56,001 nucleotides of DNA from positions 1-56,001 of the forward strand of contig CAZNUT010000001.1 of assembly GCA_964576365.1 (NCBI GenBank), in the 5' to 3' direction. Origin of the DNA: an uncultured Gammaproteobacteria bacterium (GTDB lineage Bacteria > Patescibacteriota > Microgenomatia > UBA1406 > GWC2-37-13). The translations under genes were made by a program, and so were the position numbers. How positions within the stretch are numbered: position 1 is the stretch's first letter; every line of letters begins with the position of its first letter. The notes under the pieces are model-generated. The model was given only the letters and a program-made list of their open reading frames with translations, had not been told where the DNA came from and made no database searches. Shown here piece after piece: positions 35,743 through 43,823 of this stretch.

Positions 35743-37233
35743 TTAAGATATCTTCACCAGTTTCACGTCTGCGCTTGCACACACCACATCTTTTTCCTTG
35801 AGCCCGAGTTCTTTCAGCGTCACAAAGGATTCTTTTATGAGCACATGGGTAAGCTCATACTTCTTTGCCACCTCCTGTACACTCATCCGCAAGATAGGGA
35901 AGACCTCGGTAACTTTCAGAAGGCCGGGATTGTCCGCATTCACAAACACCTGTGCTTTAGTGTGGTACACCGTCATCGTCGTATTCTGGTGAGGAATACA
36001 CAAAATCCGCAAAGTACTTTTTTGTTTATTGATATACTCAAACACCGTGAGCATATCTCCTGTCACGCTCCGATTTCTGTCACGAATGATGCCTTTTATC
36101 TGAATCCCGATGATAACCCCAACACACAATAACACAGCAACTCCAACCAAAACCAATACAAAAAAACCATACAATCCCGCAAGCTCAAACACCACATATG
36201 CTGCTATGATACTCGACGGCACCGGCGCCATCTCCAGATACCGCTGACCCTCACCGATGGGCATAAGTCTACGGATTTTCAAGACAATCACTCCAAGAAC
36301 ATATAAAAATATGATCCAGGCAGCAAATTGAAAAAGTATTGCCGGAGGACGAAACAGGTTGTAATAATTACCAGCTACCAATATAAATGCACTCAGACTC
36401 CACGGAAACAGCCCGAAAATCGCAACAGGAGAAAAAAGAGAGAGCAATTGATAAATCTTATTTACAAAATCGGTTTTGGTATCTTTTTTGATAATGCCTC
36501 GCACCTGATGAGCAAATCGATACTCAAGATTTACACACCAGAAATAAATATTGGCGATATGGCCTTTGAGTACTCGCAGATAATATCCCTTTGTCACAAT
36601 AATTGCCAAAACAAAACTTATCAGAAATATCTGTATAAAAAGAGGAGTATTTAAGTAAAACGTAAAAAAAATCGAGATAAATAAAAACGCCTGCATTGCA
36701 AATCGATGAGAAAGAAAAAGGAGAACGCCAGATACCAGGCTGACAACGAGATACCACTCTTGACCTTCACCTAAAAAAAGCAGCAGTGGCAATACAGTAA
36801 GAGTAAATAACGTGTACCCGAATGAGCGGGGAGTAAGATAGCTATTTTCCACCGCGATCATAGGAGTTGCCATATACATCACCTGTGCCAAAACAGCAAT
36901 CATCGGATTTTCGGTGATATGAAATGCAACAAAATAAACCAGTATCACCTGCAATGAATCAAAAAACGGAGCTATATAGCCTTGAATTTTCAGCAATGTT
37001 TTTTTTGGAATAAAAGAAAAGAGCCACGGAGTCACCGGTGGATAATCAAAATATCCGTCTATGATAAATTGACCTCCCAGTGGACGATCTGGAATCCGGT
37101 GATGATTTTTGCGGATATGGTCAACCTCGATGAGTCTCGTCCATACATCAACACCAAAAAAGGGATTAAATAGTCGAGGATACGACTGCAGAACAAAATT
37201 CAGCACTGGAACGAAAAAAAATAAGTTGTTCAT
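35743..37233 (-). CDS. polytopic membrane protein (GT-C-like or polymerase-like) with C-terminal soluble domain
   Basis: At least 10 hydrophobic helices. Acidic first-loop motif FFGVDVWTRLIEVDH. ~110-aa soluble C-terminus. The ATG at 37233 is preferred over the TTG at 37245. Confidence 0.55.
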   Translation of the reverse strand: MNNLFFFVPVLNFVLQSYPRLFNPFFGVDVWTRLIEVDHIRKNHHRIPDRPLGGQFIIDGYFDYPPVTPWLFSFIPKKTLLKIQGYIAPFFDSLQVILVYFVAFHITENPMIAVLAQVMYMATPMIAVENSYLTPRSFGYTLFTLTVLPLLLFLGEGQEWYLVVSLVSGVLLFLSHRFAMQAFLFISIFFTFYLNTPLFIQIFLISFVLAIIVTKGYYLRVLKGHIANIYFWCVNLEYRFAHQVRGIIKKDTKTDFVNKIYQLLSLFSPVAIFGLFPWSLSAFILVAGNYYNLFRPPAILFQFAAWIIFLYVLGVIVLKIRRLMPIGEGQRYLEMAPVPSSIIAAYVVFELAGLYGFFVLVLVGVAVLLCVGVIIGIQIKGIIRDRNRSVTGDMLTVFEYINKQKSTLRILCIPHQNTTMTVYHTKAQVFVNADNPGLLKVTEVFPILRMSVQEVAKKYELTHVLIKESFVTLKELGLKEKDVVCASADVKLVKIS

Positions 37234-37311
37234 CAAGTTCGTCAAGTTATAAAATTCGTAAAGTTGTTGTTTAATCTATGGCTAATTTCCAAGCAACGAT
37301 TTCTAATTTCT

Positions 37312-37425
37312 GTGCGAAATAGGTGGCACGAATAGAGGGTTCCCGACAGCGCGCAGAATTTTTCCAGCCTGCCGCTGGTTCGAGCACTGACGGGATGACA
37401 ATGAGTGACAGAATCTATTTCGCAC
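37312..37425 (+). repeat. GC-rich palindromic repeat, copy A
   Basis: Outer 11-bp perfect stem gtgcgaaatag/ctatttcgcac. Inner cccgacag/ctgacggg and ccagc/gctgg stems. The 27-nt core cagcgcgcagaatttttccagcctgcc is identical to copy B. Confidence 0.85.
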
Positions 37426-37454
37426 GTAATATGACTAACACTTTTACCTTTTCA

Positions 37455-37473
37455 CCTGCCTGCGGCAGGCAGG
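37455..37473. other. perfect 9-bp GC-rich palindrome cctgcctgc-g-gcaggcagg
   Basis: Lies 11 nt downstream of the minus-strand SDR stop codon. No U-tract follows on either strand. Confidence 0.5.
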
Positions 37474-37483
37474 CTCTTCACTT

Positions 37484-38443
37484 TTAACTATATTCTTTCA
37501 TAAGTTCAAGCGTTTCTTTGATCCCTTCCTCGATGCCATACCGCGATTTGAAGCCGAGTATTTTTCTCACTTTTGCGTTGTCCATAGATCCACGCCAGAC
37601 CTGAGTATTGTTGGGATTGCGGATCTCATACCGGAATGACGGATAATACTGTTTTAATATTTCGGCAAACTCTGACGCCTCACGTGATTGACCTCGTGAA
37701 ATATTAAATGTTTCATGCACAGCACCTGGACTGGTGGTACAGATAGCAAAACCAGATGCAACATCTTTGACATACGAAAAATCGAGAGCCTCATCTTTTA
37801 CAACCCACGCGCTTTTACCCGCAACTGCAGCATCGATAAGAAGCTGAGTCACTCTATTTGCGCAATCAGTAAATCCATATACTGAGGTAGGACGGATGAT
37901 GACCCACTCTTTTTTACTCAATTTTACAAAATATTCTCCTGCTGCTTTAGTGGCACCATATGCATTTACCGGAGAAAGAATAGACTCTTCAGGCTGTGGC
38001 TGTTTGGTGAAGTGTCCATATGCCATGCTGGAAGAGGTGTAAATGATCCTTCTTGCAGATGAACACTTTTCGAATACTTCCAAGACATTGAGAGTTCCTT
38101 GCATATTTATAGGCAGCATCTCATCAACATGATTTTGAGGAGGGCGAGCCATAGGAAGTCCGGCAAGATGCACTATGATTTCTGGTTTGTAATCCGCACA
38201 TGCTTTTTTAAATGAGTCAATGTCACGAATATCTCCTTTGTATTCGACAGAAGGTTTGAGCTTAAAATATTTTTTCCTGATCTTCATCATCGTTTTATAA
38301 TATTCAGGGTTGTTGATGAAGTTGAGATGAGCGTCAAATATCGCAACATCATGCCCTGACTGCATGAGCGCATCTGCAAGATATGATCCGATAAATCCTT
38401 TTCCGCCAGTGATAAGTATATTCATATGCAGATCATTATACAT
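37484..38443 (-). CDS. NAD-dependent epimerase/dehydratase (extended SDR)
   Basis: NILITGGKGFIGSYL, YGATKAAGE (YxxxK). Confidence 0.85.
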   Translation of the reverse strand: MYNDLHMNILITGGKGFIGSYLADALMQSGHDVAIFDAHLNFINNPEYYKTMMKIRKKYFKLKPSVEYKGDIRDIDSFKKACADYKPEIIVHLAGLPMARPPQNHVDEMLPINMQGTLNVLEVFEKCSSARRIIYTSSSMAYGHFTKQPQPEESILSPVNAYGATKAAGEYFVKLSKKEWVIIRPTSVYGFTDCANRVTQLLIDAAVAGKSAWVVKDEALDFSYVKDVASGFAICTTSPGAVHETFNISRGQSREASEFAEILKQYYPSFRYEIRNPNNTQVWRGSMDNAKVRKILGFKSRYGIEEGIKETLELMKEYS

Positions 38444-38494
38444 GTATGCTTTATTTGGTCAATGAAGATGATATGATTATCATATTTTATTCAT

Positions 38495-39211
38495 ATGACC
38501 AATACTCAAACCACACGCAGCATGGTTTTCCTGCAGGACGACCATGATGAACACCAACTCGTTCCTGGGCATCATTTTTTATTTAACTGGATCAAACCAT
38601 ATGTGAAAAAAAACAGCAAACTGCTTGATATTGGCTGCTGGAGTGGGGCACTGGAACTTTTGTTTGAAAAAATTCCCTGTCATGTGACTGGAATCGATAT
38701 AGAAGAGGCACCTATAAAATACGCGAAAAAGCGCTTTCCAAAATTCCGTTTTGAAAAAGCATCTATCGTAGAAGATCTCCCCTTCGAAAAAAATGAGTTT
38801 GATATTGCCATGTACTTCATGGTGATAGAGCATGTACCCCCGGGTACAGAACTTACATCACTCATTAATATAAATCGCGTGCTCAAAAAAGGTGGTAATC
38901 TGTTTTTTAACACGATGCACAGCACCATCATCTCAAACCTCATTGATCCAGCGTATTTTTTTGGTCATCGTCACTACAGCAGAAAACATCTGGAAATATT
39001 GCTGACGCTTGCAGGATTTGAGATAAAAGAAGTCAAATACAATGCAGGCTATTTCACCACACTACATATCATGCTTTTGTATTTCTTCAAGCACGTACTC
39101 AGACGAAAAGAACCGCGTAATAAATTTCTTGACTGGCTTATGAGTCTAGATTATCGTGATCGAGGTTTTGCCGAAATCGACATACGAGCTGTCAAAATCA
39201 TGGATAAATAA
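38495..39211 (+). CDS. class I SAM-dependent methyltransferase
   Basis: LLDIGCWSGALE, FDIAMYFMVIEHV. Confidence 0.8.
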   Translation: MTNTQTTRSMVFLQDDHDEHQLVPGHHFLFNWIKPYVKKNSKLLDIGCWSGALELLFEKIPCHVTGIDIEEAPIKYAKKRFPKFRFEKASIVEDLPFEKNEFDIAMYFMVIEHVPPGTELTSLININRVLKKGGNLFFNTMHSTIISNLIDPAYFFGHRHYSRKHLEILLTLAGFEIKEVKYNAGYFTTLHIMLLYFFKHVLRRKEPRNKFLDWLMSLDYRDRGFAEIDIRAVKIMDK

Positions 39212-39230
39212 ATAACAAAATCTTATTTCC

Positions 39231-39279
39231 AATATCGAATATCTAATGTTTAAAGTCTAAAGTCAAATGTCTAATCACC
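39231..39279 (+). repeat. tandem degenerate heptamer array (AAWNTCN x7)
   Basis: aatatcg aatatct aatgttt aaagtct aaagtca aatgtct aatcacc, in exact 7-nt phase. It contains the ATG at 39267. Confidence 0.85.
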
Positions 39280-40412
39280 GGCAGACGTCACGAGTAGAAG
39301 GTCAGAGGCAGCGCGCAGAATTTTTCCAGCCTGCCACTGGTACGAGCACTGGCGGGACAACCACGAGTGACAGAAGCTGCCTGAGTAATAAAAAAGTCAG
39401 TATTGTGATTGTCAACTGGAATGGTTTGCATCACCTAAAAACACTACTTCCCTCACTCAGCCTACTGACATACCCCGCGCTTGAAATCATCATTGTGGAC
39501 AACGCATCAACAGATACATCGGTCCAATATATCCGAGTCAATCATCCTCTCATTCGCGTGATCGTGAACCAGCAAAACGAAGGATTTGCAAATGGAAATA
39601 ATATTGGCGTCAGACAAGCAACAGGGGAGTATGTACTTCTCCTCAACAACGACACACGAATCGTTCAACATGATCTCATAGAACATCTATTGCGCATTTT
39701 TCAACAGTCAAAAAATATAGGTATAGCTCAACCCAAAATTCTACGCATGAATTATCCAAACACTCTTGATTCTGTAGGTGCATACTATACTCGAACAGGT
39801 TTTTTGTATCATTTTGGATATCTTCAACATGATAGTGAACAATTTAATACATCAGTCCCTCTGTACACTGCAAAAGGTGCGTGTATCTTGATTAAAAAAA
39901 GTCTCATTGACCAAATTGGATTATTTGATTCAGATTACTTTGCTTATTTTGAGGAAACTGACTTTTGTCATCGGACGTGGCTTGCCGGTTACGAAGTATG
40001 GTATGAGCCAGGGGCAAAAATCGAACATCACATAGGTGGCACCTCTAATGCTATGGATAATGCATACGTACAATTTCACTCATTCAAAAACCGAATTCAC
40101 TCATATATCAAAAATCTAAGTGTTTGGGAATTGATTTTCCTCTTACCCACACATATTGCTTTGTGCATATGTGCTGCTGTGCTGTTTTTTTTAAAACAAA
40201 AACCACTGACGGGTATTGCCATACTAAAAGCAATTGTATGGAATATCATTAAGCTGCCTAAAACGTTACAAACTCGACAGCACATTCAAAACAAAATAAG
40301 AAAAAAATCAGATGCCGAATTTTTGCCAGCATTAACAAAAGCACCCCGCATAACATACTATATTGCCCTATTTGGAAACAGATTAGACCAATATAAAGAA
40401 GCTTGTCCCTGA
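39267..40412 (+). CDS. family 2 glycosyltransferase with C-terminal TM helices; N-terminal 38 codons are a repeat element
   Basis: VSIVIVNWNGLHHL...IIIVDNASTDTS...LLLNNDT. The only in-frame ATG is 39267. The canonical-looking N-terminus (x)SNKKVSIVIV begins at the CTG at 39381. Confidence 0.8.
   Translation: MSNHRQTSRVEGQRQRAEFFQPATGTSTGGTTTSDRSCLSNKKVSIVIVNWNGLHHLKTLLPSLSLLTYPALEIIIVDNASTDTSVQYIRVNHPLIRVIVNQQNEGFANGNNIGVRQATGEYVLLLNNDTRIVQHDLIEHLLRIFQQSKNIGIAQPKILRMNYPNTLDSVGAYYTRTGFLYHFGYLQHDSEQFNTSVPLYTAKGACILIKKSLIDQIGLFDSDYFAYFEETDFCHRTWLAGYEVWYEPGAKIEHHIGGTSNAMDNAYVQFHSFKNRIHSYIKNLSVWELIFLLPTHIALCICAAVLFFLKQKPLTGIAILKAIVWNIIKLPKTLQTRQHIQNKIRKKSDAEFLPALTKAPRITYYIALFGNRLDQYKEACP
39278..39381 (+). 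repeat. GC-rich palindromic repeat, copy B (inside annotated GT2 ORF)
   Basis: Termini ccggcag...ctgcc. The 27-nt core at 39309-39335 is identical to 37347-37373. The shared 3' arm is gagcactgRcggga..a..gagtgacagaa. Confidence 0.85.
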
Positions 40413-40442
40413 TTGTTTACATTAAGTCAGAATAGAAAATAT

Positions 40443-42698
40443 ATGGATCTCAAAAAAATAATACAGCGCAGTCTTCAATCAAAAAAAGAGGTATTTATCA
40501 TCTATACAATTCTTACTTTTTTGTTTTACTTCCGCATCTTTCAGACATACTTTCAGTCAGATGAATGGCATTTTTTTCAAGTTTTTTTACCCTATACCCA
40601 TTCATGGCTTGGAGTGCTTCAATCGGGGATAGACATCGTGATCCATCCGGAAAAATTTACCATACCTCATGCGACTCCACTTTCAATCATCTTCTGGACG
40701 ACATCCATGAAACTATTTGGCTTACACGTAACTCCACACTTCATTCTTTCACTCGCGATTCACATCCTCAATAGTTATCTCCTGTATATATTTACCTTCA
40801 AGCTGACAAAAAACTATCTGATTAGTTTTATCGCTGGACTTTTTTTTACCATTTCAGCAAACCAATATCAATCAGTTGTCTGGATCGGTACCTACCTCAT
40901 TACCAGCACCGCGGCCACCTTCACTCTTCTTTCGTTTATCTCTCTCCTTGATCATCTGGAAAAACAAACATCCGTGTGGAAAGTAGCCCTTTTTACTATC
41001 GCGGCACTCCTCACCAAAGAAAGCACCCTACTCATCATCCCCGCCGGACTCACCCTTATCTTCATGTACTCAAAAAAGCCACAAAAAATACAAAATATTC
41101 TTCCATACCTGTTTAAACTCATACAAACACGATCTATACAATTTTTTATTATTCTTACTGTCATATACCTGCCCATTCGGATACTTGTTGTGGCGTTATT
41201 CAATAATAAGCTGGTGCATGCTCCCACCTTGAGCGCTGCCGATCCGGCATTTGCACCTTTTTTAGTACTATTCCGGCTTGTCACCTATCCACTGAAAATG
41301 CTCGTGGAACTTTTTTTACCGTATCCGCTTGTGCCTGCTGTTGTCGAGTTTCTCACACCACTTGCATACCCGGCGTATGGGGCGGAAAAAGCTGTACGCG
41401 GCACTAATTTTCTGTTGTTTACCCAATCTGCCGGTATTGATCTACTTATATACCCGCTGGCCACTATGTTTGTGACTGTGCTCATCGTTTTGTGTGCTAA
41501 AAAATATGACCCATATAAGCAGGTACTTGTCTTTGCAATCACAATTATCATCTTCGCCTCCTGGCCACTCATCATGGTTGCAAGTTTTGCTCCAGCAGCC
41601 GCATATGTATCTTTTTTTGATTCACGACATATGTATCTGCCAGCTGTAGGTGGAAGTTTATTGTTCGCGTATCTGGTACACGCTGTATTTGCATATTTGC
41701 AAAGTAAAAACACATTTTTCATACCTCAGCCAATATTAAAAAGAATTGGCATATGTATCCTTTTGTGCTGGTCGGGTGCACAATTTTTTTTCCTACAGTC
41801 ACTCATGCAAAAATATGTCGAAAACGGCAGAGACAGACGCGAGCTCACATCGGTGATCATGAAGGAAGTAAAAAAGAAGGGGAAAAGTGGTATTTTTTAT
41901 ATAAAAAGCGATTCGGTATATTATGGATATGGGGATCTCATGCCGCCATTTGAAACCAATTTCGGACAAGTGCTCACCGTGTATCTCAATCAACAAAAAC
42001 TACTTCCCGACAGCTTTTTGGATACCTCATACCTTCTCTCTAAAGGCCTCAACGGACAAGGAGTAAAAAAACAGAATGGTGCAGTATTTGGATATTTTAT
42101 CAATACGACCAAAGTGATTGAGGCACTTGAGAAGCATCGTCTTTCACCTCAAGATGTATATGCATTTGAATGGAAAGGCAAAGAACATTCTACCTTTGTC
42201 ATAAGTGATGAAGTTCGCCATCAACTTGCAGAAAAAATAAAAGAACGGGCCCGCTATGCCAGCTGGAAGACACACAAAATGCCAGAACTTACCTTTCGTA
42301 TGAAAACCCCTCCGGATTCAAAACTGACCCAATTAAACACAACCGATCCCAACACCCAAAAAGCATATCGACTCCAAACAATAGATAAAACGTATGAAAT
42401 TTACTTTAAAAAGCGTATTTTTCACGTAGGTATTTATGAAGATGTTTCACTGATGCAAAATGCAGATGGCGCACTCATCGGCGAAGACTTTTATTATCGG
42501 ACTATCAATATGAAAGACAACACGTCCACACTCGCCAAAATACCGACTAAAGGCGAACACCTTATTTATTTTTTGCCGGCATTGTTGCCTGAGACCATCA
42601 TTCAGATCGATGTACCAGACAGCAGCCCACTTGATACAAATACTGCAGAAGAAGAGCTTGAAGAAATAATCTCATTGATCAGTATTGGAGCGGATTAG
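40443..42698 (+). CDS. large polytopic GT-C-like membrane protein (751 aa) with C-terminal soluble domain
   Basis: ~12 TM helices. Acidic first-loop motif YFQSDEWHFF. ~270-aa soluble C-terminus. The track ORF starts at a TTG at 40413; the ATG at 40443 is preferred. Confidence 0.6.
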   Translation: MDLKKIIQRSLQSKKEVFIIYTILTFLFYFRIFQTYFQSDEWHFFQVFLPYTHSWLGVLQSGIDIVIHPEKFTIPHATPLSIIFWTTSMKLFGLHVTPHFILSLAIHILNSYLLYIFTFKLTKNYLISFIAGLFFTISANQYQSVVWIGTYLITSTAATFTLLSFISLLDHLEKQTSVWKVALFTIAALLTKESTLLIIPAGLTLIFMYSKKPQKIQNILPYLFKLIQTRSIQFFIILTVIYLPIRILVVALFNNKLVHAPTLSAADPAFAPFLVLFRLVTYPLKMLVELFLPYPLVPAVVEFLTPLAYPAYGAEKAVRGTNFLLFTQSAGIDLLIYPLATMFVTVLIVLCAKKYDPYKQVLVFAITIIIFASWPLIMVASFAPAAAYVSFFDSRHMYLPAVGGSLLFAYLVHAVFAYLQSKNTFFIPQPILKRIGICILLCWSGAQFFFLQSLMQKYVENGRDRRELTSVIMKEVKKKGKSGIFYIKSDSVYYGYGDLMPPFETNFGQVLTVYLNQQKLLPDSFLDTSYLLSKGLNGQGVKKQNGAVFGYFINTTKVIEALEKHRLSPQDVYAFEWKGKEHSTFVISDEVRHQLAEKIKERARYASWKTHKMPELTFRMKTPPDSKLTQLNTTDPNTQKAYRLQTIDKTYEIYFKKRIFHVGIYEDVSLMQNADGALIGEDFYYRTINMKDNTSTLAKIPTKGEHLIYFLPALLPETIIQIDVPDSSPLDTNTAEEELEEIISLISIGAD

Positions 42699-43823
42699 TT
42701 TTGCTATTCTTTCCGCAACAAGCATATTTATGTTTGTATTCCAGTGTCCATCATCGTCATAGTAATACGGCATATCTTTTTTTTGCACCGATTCGACGAT
42801 CTCCCGAGACAGTGGAAGATGAATAATGTCTGCTTTTGCGAGTTCTTTTTCAAGATGAGCTATCGCTCTTTTTTCATAAGGCAAATCGCGATATAACTCC
42901 ATATAAAGTGCAGACTTTGATGGGATCACCGCAAGCACAAATACTATACCGCGCTCTCCCAATAACCGTTTTGTTTCTTTAAGCACGTTGATTTCTTTTG
43001 CAATCAAATTTCTGTTTTCTTGGGTATCACGTGGATCATAGGTGTGATCAAAAAACAACATGTCGTTTGAGCTTTGATATATTACACCTGAACCAAATAG
43101 TCTCACAATATACTCGCGTGAAAAAAGGGAATTTAATACATATTTATTTATCTTCATTACATAATGACGCGTGAGGGAAAAACGCCTCATCCGTTTTATA
43201 AGATCAGTAAACTGAAATGGACCATCCATTTGTGATGTGTACCACTGCTCGTGAGAACTCCATGCCTGTACCTTGTGGGTCGTTGTGGAAGCAACTATCT
43301 TTTCCACCCAGCTCCCGGCCAGAATTTCAGTCTCATTTGCGACTGTGACAACATACTGTGGTTGATTGCGAATAAACCGTTCATCTTCATAAAAATGCTG
43401 AAGTGGTAGAGTAGCATAATTATAAGTGTTGATTTTATAATGACTTGTTAGCTCACTTGAAATAAGCTCGTCCTGAGTTGCAGCTGCACCACCCACAAAA
43501 GATGTTCCAGCAAGTACGACTTTTATAGGTTTTTTTAACAATCCAGGGGTATTTCTAAATCCATATTCATCTGTCTGAAATATCTGCTCTCTTTTTTTCT
43601 TACTGACAAATTTCACCGGATTAAGCAAATCTCCTTCCATTATTCCCTCGTATCGTTTTAGCGGCTGAAACGGTACATAATAACTATCTTTTCCTTCATT
43701 CAAAACATATTCCCATGCTCGAAAATACATCGGTTTTTGTTTTTGAAAAAAATAAGAATATACATCTATTGCTGACAAAATCATCCAGCAAATAATCGGA
43801 ATCAGTAACAATACGTTTTTCAT
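42672..43823 (-). CDS. SGNH/AlgJ-AlgX/DltD-like O-acyltransferase partner protein
   Basis: N-terminal TM helix. VLAGTSFVGG (GDS-like block). C-terminal YYYDDDGHWNTN (DxxH / D-x-HW block). Its start codon abuts the MBOAT stop. Confidence 0.65.
   Translation of the reverse strand: MKNVLLLIPIICWMILSAIDVYSYFFQKQKPMYFRAWEYVLNEGKDSYYVPFQPLKRYEGIMEGDLLNPVKFVSKKKREQIFQTDEYGFRNTPGLLKKPIKVVLAGTSFVGGAAATQDELISSELTSHYKINTYNYATLPLQHFYEDERFIRNQPQYVVTVANETEILAGSWVEKIVASTTTHKVQAWSSHEQWYTSQMDGPFQFTDLIKRMRRFSLTRHYVMKINKYVLNSLFSREYIVRLFGSGVIYQSSNDMLFFDHTYDPRDTQENRNLIAKEINVLKETKRLLGERGIVFVLAVIPSKSALYMELYRDLPYEKRAIAHLEKELAKADIIHLPLSREIVESVQKKDMPYYYDDDGHWNTNINMLVAERIAKLIRSNTDQ

Noticed and set aside
37312-37425. 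The GC-rich repeat interpreted as a riboswitch/leader, a retron msr-msd or a group II intron fragment.
   Set aside because: Orientation relative to flanking genes is inconsistent among the three copies. No reverse transcriptase or intron-encoded ORF is present. No known riboswitch consensus is recognised.
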